Counted from the whole stretch's first letter, positions 27,282 to 39,509 are shown. The stretch is 55,708 nt of DNA, filler included, from Trypethelium eluteriae (GCA_051942245.1; 2 parts of 2 records of this genome joined end to end with filler, not necessarily neighbours in it); one strand, 5' to 3'. Program-made: numbers and translations. The notes: generated from the letters alone by a model not told the origin.

Positions 27282-27809
27282 ATGTGCCGTCGGCGGAATC
27301 ATCAGCCCCTTGTCATCAAGGCCGGTATTCTCGCCTACAACGAAATTCAAGAGCATCAGCAAAAGAAACGCGATCACGCTTTGTCTGTCGACCGCGCCAT
27401 GGCTGAGGCCTCCCTTCCCTCTTCGACATCAAGCAACAGCATCAACGACACTCCTGAAAGCAGCATCCTGAGCGAGATACCCGCAGAATCCCCTCCAGTC
27501 TACGACTCGATCGACTCCCCCATCCACAGCAAATCCGCCTACGACTACAACGAAAAGGCATACCCTCACCACTCCACGCACCCCATCCAATCTTCCTCCC
27601 TGCCACCCTTGCCTCACACCACTCAGGCCGCCGCCATCACTCCCGCAGCCTCCTACCGCGTCTACACCAAACTCCGCCGCGGCACCACGCAGAAAGTCCG
27701 CCTCACCCCTTCAGACTCCTGCTACAACGCCTACAAAATCCGGTACCGCAACCGCGATCCCGCCGTGTCCGTCCGCCGCAGCTGCGAGACTGTCGGCTCC
27801 GCGCAGATC
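27282..27809 (+). CDS. Hypothetical protein, truncated by the assembly gap
   Basis: ATG in a good context (CAAAATG), C-rich third codon positions, frame open up to the Ns. Confidence 0.5.
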
Positions 27810-27909
27810 NNNNNNNNNNNNNNNNNNNNNNNNNNNNNNNNNNNNNNNNNNNNTTAATTAATTAANNNNNNNNNNNNNNNNNNNNNNNNNNNNNNNNNNN
27901 NNNNNNNNN
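27810..27909. other. Artificial contig spacer N44-TTAATTAATTAA-N44
   Basis: Exactly 100 nt and symmetric; the palindromic 12-mer gives stop codons in all six frames. Confidence 0.97.
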
Positions 27910-28831
27910 GCCCAAGTCATCCACCTCGTGGTAACCACTCCACCGCCTCCCTGCAAACCCCTAATTGCCGCCCTCGCGCAATCCGCCGCACTTTCGCCCT
28001 CATCTCCCTCCTCCAACATCTTCGTGACGTCCGTCTTTATCAAGTTCTCGGCGTCGAGGCCAGACGTCTTGATGGTAGCGGGGTACACGGTATGGATGCG
28101 GACACAGGGAAGTGAAGGGTGCGCGCCGGCGTAGAGGTGCATCTCTGACGCGAGGGTCTCAGCGAGGGAGCGGGGGGCGATCTTGCTGGGCGAGTATGGG
28201 CTGTACCTGGCGAAGGAGACGAAGGAGGAGGTGAAGATGAGATGACGGGTTTGCGATGATGAAGTCTTAGCGGATGGCACTGTTGCAGCGGTAGGGCTGT
28301 TATCCGCGTTCCCCGCGGCCTTAGGCGCCAAGGAGGCGTGGGAGGATGCGCTAGTGCTAGGTCGCAGCCAGCGGTTTAGCACCGCGTGGGCTATATAGAG
28401 GCAGCTGAAGTAGTTACTGTCCATCTGATCTTGGAATTTCTCCACAGGCGTATTGATGAATAGAGTCGGATGAGAGTAGCCCTTGGCAGCACCATACGAT
28501 GTCGGGGGGAACACCATTGTTCCACGCAGTAGCCTCGGCGACAGTGCGCTCACATTCTGCAGCAGAGCGGAGATCCGCGCTTACATCGTGAAAGCGCTGG
28601 TTTGTGGCACTTTCCTGGAAGACCAAGTTCCAATGGTAGTCAGTCGGCTGTTGAATAAAATAGAACAGAAGGGAGCTTGGTATTGAGAGAATGACGTACA
28701 GAAATGGATGAAATGCCGGTCCTGGAATTCTCAACTTTGCGCGCAATAATGATAACGTTGGCACCTTTCGCCGCGAGCTGTCGACCAGCATCTAAGTCGA
28801 GCCCGCTGGATCCGCCCGTCAAAAGGACTGT
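27910..28831 (-). pseudogene. TSC10: Degenerate 3-ketodihydrosphingosine reductase (TSC10-like SDR)
   Basis: TVLLTGGSSGLD..AGRQLAAKGANV, intron 28615-28699, QRFHDVSADL..PPDIVWCC, then a +1 frameshift at ~28481-28486 into GYSHPTLF..QMDSNYF and YSPSK. No clear first exon; the 3' end is cut by the gap. Confidence 0.7.
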
Positions 28832-29743
28832 CTGTGAAATTAGTAAGTCAGTTCCTTCTCTCGTATGCAGCAACGAGTCATGATTGAAGAGCGTTTATCC
28901 TTCCTTCCACTAGAAAGTTATTTTTCGAGGTTAGAACCCCCCATTTGGAATGAATCGCCTGACGCGCTGTAGCGGATGGATCACAGCAGCGTTGAAGCTC
29001 TGGGTGACTATTGAGAAAGGGGAAGAAAAGGGAGATGAGGGCGCTTTCTCGTCTACCGGAATACTTGCAGTCTCCTTTAAATCGCTCGCGCTTCCCAACC
29101 TTACTATAAGGTACCTAGATACTGTTAGACGTTGCACAAGGGCATATTGTTGCTGCCTAAAGCTGTACCCATATCATGCAAGCCTTTCGCCCCACCATCT
29201 CGCTATTCAGCAGGCACTCAGCCATCCAACGTTGCTTCATGACACAATCTCGATCCAGCTTCCAGAGGATGTCTCATCCCAACCAGGGCGTCTAGCGAGC
29301 ATGTCCGACCATTACATTGTACGAAATACTCCATCCGGTCTAAACGGAGAGCGAACTGTCCGACGCAGATGTAGCACAGTTCCAATGTATACTTACGCCG
29401 GAAACGCCGAAAGGCTGAACATCTTCTGTACCATTCATTTCTGTCTGTCTCTCTCTCTGGCAGTTGGACCAACATGCGGGGCGCGATCATCTGCAACTTA
29501 TATCATAAATCGTCATGCAGCATGCCGCTTTGTTGTGGTGCATCGAACTCCAGAGCGGAGTCTCTACCACCACGTAACCAAGGATTCTGTCTTGCCTTCC
29601 TCTTGTTTTGTCCATACCTCTTCATCTATTCATACGAAAGACCACCAGCCGTTTATCTACATTGCCCTTTGATATCTGCTGTAACTAGATGATTACGATT
29701 ATTCATAAGTGATCAAACATCTTCCACCGTACTATAGCCCATC

Positions 29744-30916
29744 ATGACTAGCACCGCACCACCCGAGGACGAGCAACCAACGAGTACGATAGCGATAAGT
29801 GGGCTGGTCATCGCTCTTGCGATTCTCTTCGTGGCGCTACGCTTCTACATCCGCATCTCCACCAAAGCCGGTCTCGGATGGGATGATTTCCTTCTTCTCG
29901 CGGCCGTAGCCTCAACTATATTAACAGCAGTCCTAGTACTTTGGGCTAGTGCAGTGAATCCTCATGGTAACTGGGTGGCCGAAGCTATCGATCCATCATA
30001 TCAGTTTGTCGCTATTGACGTCTTCTACAGCAAGCTTACTTTTGTTGCTTCGGTTCTATATTTCACTATCGCAGGCTCTACTAAGCTCTCTATCTTATTT
30101 ATGTACAAGCGGATCTTTTCAGTCAACAGGCAGTTCAGAATTCAGCTATATCTAGCAAGCTTCATGGTTCTAGGATGGTGGGTTGGATGCACAGTTGCGA
30201 CATTGACGAACTGTATTCCGTTGAGGTATTCCTGGATCAACGCTCTTGCTGATCCAAGATACTGCTTCAACTTCAACATTTATTGGATGGCTGCGGGTGC
30301 AGTCGAGGTGGTAATCGACATTGTAATTCTTTCATTACCTGTACGGGTAGTATTGGGGCTACAACTTTCGCGGCGCAACAAAGCAACTGTGGCAATGATA
30401 TTCCTACTTGGGGGATTGTGAGTTAGCAATTTCATGACTCATACCGAAGAACTTGGACGGGGTAACTCACTAACTATATCTCTCAGCGTCGTTGTGACAG
30501 GTATCATCCGCACAATCCTTGGTTACCACCGCGGACACTATCGCGAGCCATTATATTCACCTGTCGAAGTCTGGACGATGGTTCATACAAGCTTAGCTAT
30601 CGTCTGTGCATGCCTGCCTATTCTAATGCCCTTAGTTACTTCAATCACAAGGGTAATTGGAGTGCCTGTGCAGACATATGTGTATCGCTGGTATAGCGCC
30701 ACTAGGAGTAGGATTGGAGCGAAAAGTACAAGGAGAAGGTATGGATCCGACGTAGAAGAGCTGTATTTCCGAGGTGATGCGGATGCTGAGCTTATTTCAA
30801 GGCAAAGTACGACAGAGAGTCAGGCAGGCTATAGATTAGGGCTAAGAGTTAATCTAATGGGGGTTGATCAGGGAAAAGTATTGCCTCAGAAGGGCCAGAC
30901 AGCGGTAGGGCCGTGA
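29744..30916 (+). CDS. PTH11-like fungal rhodopsin-domain (GPCR-like) integral membrane protein without CFEM; intron 30418-30486
   Basis: LRFYIR..GLGWDD, KLSILFMYKRIF, C.PL...W, DIVILSLP, IFLLGGF/VVV.GIIR and IVCACLP; seven TM segments. Confidence 0.88.
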
Positions 30917-31348
30917 AGATACCACTGAATTGCGCAAGGGCTGAGAGGAGATGCATGTCGCAGCTGGCATTAAGCATTAAAGACTCCAGTAGATTGTGGA
31001 TTATGATCACGGAAGTTGTAGATATTACAGTGTTGTGAATTCTGGTGGGCTTTGGCTCTTAAGACACAGACAACGTCAGGAAAAAGTACAAAATAAACCT
31101 TAGATAGGGAGAGCTTTCCAATCTTAAAGTCGAATTTATTTTACGAAAATAGAAACATTATTAGCAAAATCCCAATGTCCCCGTGAAAAGTATTTTGATC
31201 TTTGGTACGGATTACTTCTCGATGCCCTAGAACTCCAGAGCCATTACTTAGTGAACAAGCAGATGCCATCCCATGTTAAGCTTATGGAATCATTGAATGC
31301 GCCTATAGTCTGCTGCCTTCAGACACTTTCATATCCGGCTACTACACC

Positions 31349-33006
31349 TCAGAGCTTCATCTTCTCCTCCACTTCCCTTTTCCACCACTCCCTCCACTCA
31401 ACTACCTTTCCTCCTCCCCTCGCCTCCTCCGCAGCAAACGCCACCGCATGACTCCTAACTATCTCCTCCAAGCTACATCCTATAAAACTTTTCTGCGCCT
31501 CCTGTACCGCCATCCCATTCCTGACCGCCTCCACTGCATTTACAAACTGCCTCACAAGACCCGCGTCTCCGCCGCCATGGCCTCCGCCAGGCTGATGCGG
31601 TTGATGTACCTTCACCTCCCCAGAAGCGAAATCATAAACCGAGATCGTCTTGCTATCATACGCAATTTCTCCCTTGGTTCCATAAACGCGTCCTCGCCGC
31701 TGACACTGCGCCTCCGTGTATGCAATCATGTGAAATATCGCAGTCTTCGCCATGCGCCCCTTCAGGACGTCTCCTCCCTCTCCGCCATCCGACGTAATAG
31801 CATTCTCATCCCCACCTGCGCTCTGTCCCGGGGGCAGCGGATCGTCGTCCCACGTCAGCGTCACGACCTGGTCATCGCAGACGTCGTTGTCGCACTCCCA
31901 GACACAGCGTCCAAACCAGGGTCGGCGCTCCACCTCTGACTTCAGCGTCGCGTCGTCATAATTCTCGGCGAGCGACTTCAGGAGCGCGGTCTCAGCGGTG
32001 GGGAGGCCCTGCGTGGCGTACAAATCTTCGATTTCGGGGTTCACAATGATGACGGGCCAGGAGGTATTGCCGGCTTTGAGGTGCTTGTCGAGATAGATTC
32101 TCTTGGCGCTATAGGTGCACGTGGGCTCGATGGGACAGGAGAGGCAGTTGGTGGCGGAGCCTGCGGCGATCGGTTTACGGGCTTTGTGGAGGTATGTAAG
32201 GCGGCCGATTGAGGATATCGTGGAAGGGAGATGGGGAGGGAGATTGCTACGGGACGGAGAGGAGGTAAGGAGCCAGAGGAGAAAATCGATGTCGTGGCAG
32301 GATTTGGTGAGTAGCGAGGGGGCGCTCATGGACTCTTTGCGCCAATTGCCTCTGGCAGATTGTATGAACTTTAGAGTAAGACATGAAAGAGAAAAGATAT
32401 ATATACTCACCGAACATAGCTATGAGCAAAGTGCCACCAGCCTACGGGTTCAGTATGTTCTACCGAGATAATCTCGCCTATCACTTGATCTTCGAGGAGG
32501 AGCTCCCTCAGAAGCATATTGTGGGGAGAGTATCGTAGCACATGGCCAATACCAAAAATAGTACTCGGTTGGGACTGTGGACCATCGGGACGCAGCGATG
32601 AATAAATTTTCAGGCAATCCTTTAGGGTTGTCGCCAACGGCTTTTCGCTCATAATGTGGAGTCCGAGGGGCGCCAGGGCCGTGATAGCCTCGACATGTAG
32701 TTCATCTAGGATACAGATGAATGCTACCTCTACGCCTGGCTCAACAGATTCTCCGGCAGCCGCACATTTTCGACGAGTCTTTTCATATTGAACGAACTGA
32801 TGCCAGTCATCGAACTCTTGCTCCGCTGCCGGTTCTTGCTCGGGCCATATCCATTTCTTACAGAAGTTTTTTCTTTTCAACTCGATTGGCTCTGCGATGG
32901 CAGCTACGATCGAGTTCGGCACTTCCTTGACAGCTTCTGCATACTGATTGCCCCTGGAGCCAGCTCCTATAACAAGGATGCGCGCGGCATAGGGATCGCT
33001 AGGCAT
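31349..33006 (-). CDS. Gfo/Idh/MocA-family NAD(P)-dependent oxidoreductase; intron 32352-32410
   Basis: VIGAGSRG, MSEKPLA, GHVLRYSP, HFAHSYVR/GNWR, KSCHDID and GHGGGD. Confidence 0.9.
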
Positions 33007-33372
33007 CGCTAAGGCTTGTGCTCGTCCGTCCAAGTTTCAAATGACTCTTCGCTGATTGGGTCAAATCAATGTAGATTAAGACCTTAAGGCCTTAAGTAGT
33101 ATTCTTTTTCGGAGCGCCTGCCACGCGATCGATGGTACCAAGTCTTGACGATGGTGGTCGCAGTGGTCAGTCGTTCTAGGCTCGGCCCGACTACTCCAAG
33201 CCAAAATCCGGGGAAGAAGCCTCGGCATTATCGAGCTCCACTTGTCTTACTCAATTGCCCGCGTCACTGATTCACCATGCAGCGCTGTGTTCTCTATCGG
33301 CTCTGGACATATGAAGACAAAATTACGTGAGCTCAGTTTCCAAGGCTTTCCAGAATTCAGCGACTTCCGAGA

Positions 33373-34350
33373 ATGTCGTACTCCAAGAGAACGGACCAGG
33401 TATCCGGGCACCTCAACTACCCTAAGGGTATGTTGGCCGGCCAAGTAGCGATCATTACGGGATCTGGCCAAGGCATTGGTGCTGAGACAGCGAGATTATT
33501 TGCAAACGAAGGGGCAAAAGTGGTGGTCTCTGATGTCGACGGAAGTGAGTTCGTCTGTAGACTTGAACTTGCTTTGGGATGCTAATCCCACCCAACAGAA
33601 AAGGCAGACGAGGTCGCGTCAAATGTCAACTCGAGCGGAGGTAGTGCAATATCGGTTGCAGGAGATATGCTCGACGCCAACTACATTAACACACTCGTCA
33701 AAAAGGCTGCTGAGTTTGGCAATGGCAAGATCCACATAATTGTCAACAATGCAGGCTTTACGTGGGACGGCGTCATCCATAAGGTCAAATCAATCCCAGA
33801 ACTTTGAATGGCTAAGACTGACACATGTAAGATGACTGACAAACAATGGGACACCATCATTGCTCTCCACGGAACCGCGCCCTTTAAGCTCGCCCGGGCC
33901 GCAGCCCCCTACTTCCGGGTCAAAGACGGCGAGCCCCGCAACATCATCAACATCTCCTCCACCTCAGGTGTCAATGGCAATGCAGGTCAAGTGAACTACG
34001 CTCTTGCCAAAGCAGGTATTACCGGTCTTACCAAAGCTATTGCCAAAGAATGGGGCCCACAATTCGGGGTTCGAGCGAATACCATAGCATTCGGACATAT
34101 ATTGACAAGGTTGACTGGTGCAAAGGAAGCAGGAGCTTTCGTCACAACGCCGGATGGGACGAAGGTTGCTTTGGGAATACCGCAGGCGCAGAAGGATGCA
34201 AGGGGTGACGGTGGCGTGCATCCGGACATTCCTCTGAGAAGAGCAGGAACAGCGACAGAGGCCGCAAGTGCAATCTTGGCTGTGGCTAGTCCATTATTCA
34301 GTTATGTGGATGGACAGACAATCATGGTAACAGGAGGTCGTAACATGTAA
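33373..34350 (+). CDS. Short-chain dehydrogenase/reductase (3-oxoacyl-ACP reductase-like); introns 33545-33598 and 33784-33831
   Basis: TGSGQGIG, VNNAG, NISSTSG and catalytic YALAK. Confidence 0.92.
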
Positions 34351-34559
34351 GATGACATGATATATAGTGATGAAGTGATGCATCGTACCCCAACTCGCCT
34401 CACATACGACGATATCGGCTCTCAATGCTTACAGGATGTTCTTTAGGGGGTGAGTTCATAGACAAAAAGCCTATCTCTCCCGGACCTCACTCTTCTTCCC
34501 TCGATTTTCTCATGCATTCCGCGCCAATTGACCGCATACAAGGTCGTTCAATGAGAGAA

Positions 34560-34787
34560 ACCACGACTCCACGTAATAATGTCAAAGCTTAGCGGATGTG
34601 GATTATTCTACCCTGTGTGACCATCGGTTTCAGTACGGTATTTCTAGTCATTTCAGCAAGTACAATGCACAGAACAAACTTGCCGCTGTGGAAAGAGAGT
34701 AAGTTAGCGTCACTCTTTCGTGGTCCTGAGAGAGACTTATGCATTTCTCCGCTCGCCTCTCAAGGTTCGATGCTTCAGGTGAGTTAG
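34560..34787 (+). pseudogene. Relic of the C-terminal TM segment of a DUF3176-like membrane protein
   Basis: WIILP..TM..LPLWKESKLASLFRG resembles the W..LP...P.WKSS.LA.L.HG tail of this family. An in-frame TAG lies just upstream and the rest of the gene is absent. Confidence 0.45.
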
Positions 34788-35068
34788 GGCAGGAAGCAAG
34801 TTGTGAGACAGTGGTAGGTCCAATGGATTGACAGATGTACAGTGAATGTTATTAAAGCAACATAAAGCTTGATTCTTCGTACCGCACGCTTTATATACTT
34901 GTGAAAGTCTCAAATGAAGTATCGTGCTGCATCCGTCAAAACGGGCCGCCCGTCTGAGCCTATCTTTACAAGACCATGCATAAGACTCTTCACGACAAGA
35001 ACAGCATGAAATAGGTTTCGGCCAAGTTCTCGCTTGAATTCTAGCCGCTCGTATGTCGCTATATCCCT

Positions 35069-37128
35069 TCAATCAAAATGTGCACGCCAAAACCTCCCAT
35101 CAGCGCTAGTAGCTATGATGACATCCCAGCGATCATCACTATTATCGGGTATGTACCCACGAGACTGAGCGGTTGACCGACTCGAAGTCATAGTTGGAAG
35201 TCCGGGATGCGGCAGGGATGCAAATGAATCATTAGTCCAACTACCTATAAAGCTTAGAGGTACTCTTGAATCCCTTGTAGTTGCCTCCCTTGGAGTCACA
35301 ATTGACACATTCGCTCCTTTGCAGGTACTGGAAATGTCTGCCAAGAGATCCTTGGCTGGAACGAAATAAGCCTCATTAAGCGCTTTGCAGAAAGCGACCA
35401 GCATGCCCACAACCTCACAGCGAGAGGGATTAAATGCCCACGAACCGCAAGCGCCACTGCCTTTGCCTTCGTCAGTGTACATTGGGTCAATTTGGCAGCA
35501 GGTGTACTAATTTCGCTGATTTTCACCGTCCACAAAATGGAAGGAGATGAGATACCACTGGTGGTACCCAATGAAGTTGAAAACACTCCATTGCCTAGGA
35601 CAGATCCGTCCGTACCCGTCAATACTGTCAGAGGTGTACCCTCAGAAGGCGTCTCCAATGCAGGTCTCAACGAACCGAATTTTCCAATGATAGGATCCAG
35701 CACCAATAAAGGACTGTCTAAATCGCCTGTCACGGAGGTATTCATAGGTATCTGCAGGAGCGCCCAGTCTAGCCCATTACTTTTCTCTCCTCTTTGCATT
35801 GACACCTGAGCAACATTGAAGGGCTTGGAAGCCGGATACACAGTAGTTCCTTGAGATCTGATGAGCGTGACCGAGTGATCTTGTAAACCCTCGTCACTTG
35901 ATCCAATCGGTCCTGAAGAATCCGGCATAACAGGCCCCTCTTGCGGAGAGGGTTCTCCCTGGTGAACTTCATTAGCCTTACCTGTTTTGACACCCCTAGT
36001 ATCCTCAGTTGGGTTGTGGTGGAGGCCGCTCAATTTGTTGAACTTCCTCTTCCCACCTTCAGACTCCTCAAGATCTGCATTGTTGTCCACGCTCTCTGGA
36101 TTCTTGACGTCGATCTTTTCACACTTGCTGTCATCCTGGCTGCTCATATTATTGGCGCAGGGTAAATGCCGCTTATGCTTCTCAGAGGCGGTGGTTGACG
36201 GCACTTCTCTCGCAATTTCGAAACTGCTCTCCTGGTCTGAGGTGTATGGAGAGCGGTCATGCTGTGCGAAGCTCGTTACGCCAAGGCTATGATATTCCTC
36301 CCTGCCTGTAAATAGATTCAGCTCGTCCTCACATAAGACCAAGTCGTCTTCAAGCGCATAACTTTCTTCCCGCTTTTGGTCTAGTTCTAGGAAATGTTTC
36401 ACTGTAACTGCAAACTTAGCATTGCCGATAGCTACCACTCCTCCTATCGTCGCTCTTCTCCGAGAGGAGCTTTCTATTAATGCTCCCCACAGACCCCAGT
36501 ATATAGAATCGTTGCTCCCATGTGTATATTCGTTACTCCCGTGTGTATAATCGTTGCTGCCATGTGTATAATCGTTGCTCCCATGTGTAGAATCGATGCT
36601 TATCGGTAGGGAACGGCCAACTTTCGGAGCCGGTTGAACATCAGCCATAGGAATTCTGATATCCGCATGAAGACAAATGAACCCCCAGTCAAGCTCCTTT
36701 AGAATTCAGTGGTCGAGAATTATCTGTCGGGCTGCTTTTGCAAAAGCTTGATGCTGACGTCCGCAGACTAGTGCTGCATGTGGACAGGCGTGTTGCTGGT
36801 CCAATCCAACCATGTAACAGCCTATTTTGAAATGAGGGATACCATTGACCCCTGTTTTGCTGTGAAGACGGACTTCCTCAGCTTTGAGAATATCCAGTAT
36901 CCGACTGCATATATTCGTCCAATCCTCATTCGCAAATCCCAAAATGTTCCAAATTTGGAACATCCCACTCTTGCAGACAAATGTACCGAATGAATTGGAG
37001 TATCGGGTATCCGTGCGTTTGAGTGTGCGAAGATTGAACTTCTGCAGCTTGACATCAGGCGGCTTGACCTGCTGTGTGGGTAGCGCAAGTGTCATTGTGG
37101 GACCTCCTTGACTTGCTTGCAAAGTCAT
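35069..37128 (-). pseudogene. Trypsin-fold (PA clan) protease-like gene with one in-frame TGA (36706-36708) and intron 35461-35507
   Basis: ATIGGVV..FAVTVKH (His), GLDWALL (Asp) and, after splicing, ISSGACGSW..EVVGMLVA..AYFVP (nucleophile position = Cys). ORFs 36706-37128 and 35296-36648 share a frame and are separated only by TGA. Confidence 0.6.
36508..36588 (-). repeat. Coding 21-bp tandem repeat, ~4 copies (THGSN[D/E]Y)
   Basis: Directly visible: THGSNDY THGSNDY THGSNEY THGSNDS. Confidence 0.9.
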
Positions 37129-37454
37129 ATCGAATGCCGGGAACAGATATCATGGAAAGTTGGAGGCTTGCAGCTTTGCTGAATCGCTGGTTTTGGATCT
37201 TTATCAGAGTAGTAGGAGCTCAGGGGAGAGCAAGCAGTAGAGTAGCAAACAATTTCGAAGCCCAATATCAGCCTTGCAGGGCTTTCTCATTGTTGTCGAT
37301 CCTACTGGTCGGCGATCTATTCCGTGATAAGGGCCTCGGGCAGACTTAACATCGTGGCTGGTGTCGCGTCAGGCTCCAGCCTCCGTCTTATCTGTGTGCG
37401 ACTGCCATTTATACTGCAGGATAGTCGCAACCCCTCAAAGATGAGCTGTGAAAA

Positions 37455-38525
37455 ATGCATTCTATACCAAACATATCATCTCCAACTTTGGAGACTTCAT
37501 ACGCGAACAGCTTACTCACTTCTCGTCACATGATAGGAGAGTTTGCTGCTTCGCTGTGGAACTGTCAAATTTCGTCTACCGAACTGGAGAAGGCTTTGCT
37601 AGCTTACGACCCCTACTACCGGGATGAATGTCACCACCTGGATCATTCGTTGCAAGCTGCGAAGACGCATCAACATTTTGTGAACATAATAAAGCAAGTC
37701 TGCTTGCATAAAACGCTGCCAAAGAGTGAGTTACAGGCCCGAATCGAGGAAATACTGAGTCCAGTTGATGTTAGCACTGAAGGACTCGTCAGTTCTATTG
37801 AAGCTGCTGTGAGACTGTGGCTCATGATAAATATCAATAGTACAGAAACAGGTATCAAAGGCTATATCTCAATCAGAACATCTTTGGCTTGGCCCGACGA
37901 ACTCAGTATGACTCAAGTAATTGGAAACTGTTTTAAGCAGGAGGACCATAGATACCCTATTCGGAAGAGCCATTTTAGCAAAGATTTGAATGTCCATAGC
38001 CTTGAAAAAATTGGCGGGTACCGCATTCTGTGGACGAATAACATTCTCGATCATCTCGCATTGAAGGACGACAATGCTGTAGCTATCTTTAATACAGCAT
38101 CTACCTTGCGCCTCATTGGAAATTCCGCAGGCGACGTTTTTCCTCCGGGCTTCATCGACGAAACTCTGCGAACTGTTGCCTTATTACTCCCTAGCGCCGA
38201 CGCAGCATGCAGCAAATGGCTTGAAACCAGAGAAAAGACGCAGGATCTTGACCCTGGGATACGACATCTCTCATCCGCTCCCCGAGATGTCGAAGCTTAC
38301 ACGTACTGGCGTGATCGTCTCCTGATTATCGAAGAATCGTTCGATCAACATGAGCCAGCAAATCTATCACAATGGTACCACGACCGACGGAAGAAGGTGC
38401 AGCTATATACGTTCTGAGTCGCTGTTGCGGTTCTCATTCTTACAATATTCTTTGGCCTTCTATCCTCTGTTGCTTCCGTTGTGCAAGCTTGGGCATCTGT
38501 GAAAGCGCTTCATGGAAGCACTTAA
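37455..38525 (+). pseudogene. Fungal uncharacterised protein with C-terminal hydrophobic hairpin; premature TGA at 38415-38417
   Basis: Motifs AVRLWLM, IGGYRILWTNNILDHL, FIDETLRTVALLLP, YWRDRL and QWYHDRR..Q.YTF, then TGA, then an open frame VAVAVLILTIFFGLLSSVASVVQAW to TAA at 38523-38525. From recollection, this family has Trp (TFW) at the stop position. Confidence 0.7.
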
Positions 38526-39509
38526 AAGTCAACTAATGGCGCAATTAGTAGATTTAGTCCTTCACAAAAGACCTTGTTTGTCTGCAGCTATATGTGCGTT
38601 GATGTATTCCTACCCCTTTATGCAGGAGCCTGCACGACTTTCTCTCGTTTGGATCTCCTTCCTTCGGCCTCCTTCGCTACACCTTCCTGTCCTCGTATCG
38701 CTATGTCTCTTTCCTGTTGAAATATCCGGAAGCATGATAGTACATCAATAACTCTACTAGTCTATTAGAAGATTATTATCAAGAAAATTTTCGATGGCGC
38801 ACTTCCATCTAGGAGAGTCTCGGAAACGTACCGAGAAGGTTTATCGTGTTTCAGATGAATCGACCGTAGACTAAGTGCTGCATGCTTGCTGATTTCCCGT
38901 ATCACTGGTTTTGAGTGATATCAAGTGCCCTCGAATCTATAGGGTTGCTGTTCTCGTTGCGCGAAAGCACAATGTTCCCTACCTTTGGACCGATGCATCA
39001 AGCACCCATACAGATCATTCCCGAATAGAAGACCTTGGAAACTCAAGCCTTCAACCTCAGTGTTTAAGATCCTTTCTTCGACGAATTTGGCTATTATCAA
39101 GTGGTATAGTTCCAATTCGTCCCTTTAAATTTTCTTTGTACTCTGCCATTGCTTCGTCTTACTAGCTGGTATACTCTTGTAACATCGTTCTTGCTCAACG
39201 TTTTGATACAAGGTCAGGTAGCAGCGGTTGTGCGCAGGAGTCGACCAAGATACCGTAACGCGATCTCCGAATTAACCGCAGGTAAGGCCAGCTGAGAAAC
39301 AAGCTTTGCCCGACCAGGACCAGCATATTTGGTCTTCTCACGGCCTTTGTGGTTGTAATGGAGACCACGATAGTTGGTGTCTGGCGAGTGAATGATGTAT
39401 TGTAGCATAGAAGAGGGCCGAGCATTAAGAATGAACTGGAGACGTGATAGAAATGAGCGGAAAGTACCGGCAGTTCGTGCTCTACCGTAATCTAAGGTAC
39501 TGTATCGTA

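Noticed and set aside
27854..27865. TTAATTAATTAA palindrome as a biological site (PacI site or piggyBac TTAA)
   Set aside because: It is centred in symmetric N runs, so it is an assembly linker.
28931..29692. 240-aa plus ORF and overlapping ORFs upstream of the PTH11-like gene
   Set aside because: Composition looks non-coding; probably promoter DNA or a relic.
36508..36588. 21-bp repeats as a CRISPR-like array
   Set aside because: Contiguous in-frame coding repeats without spacers, in a eukaryotic gene.
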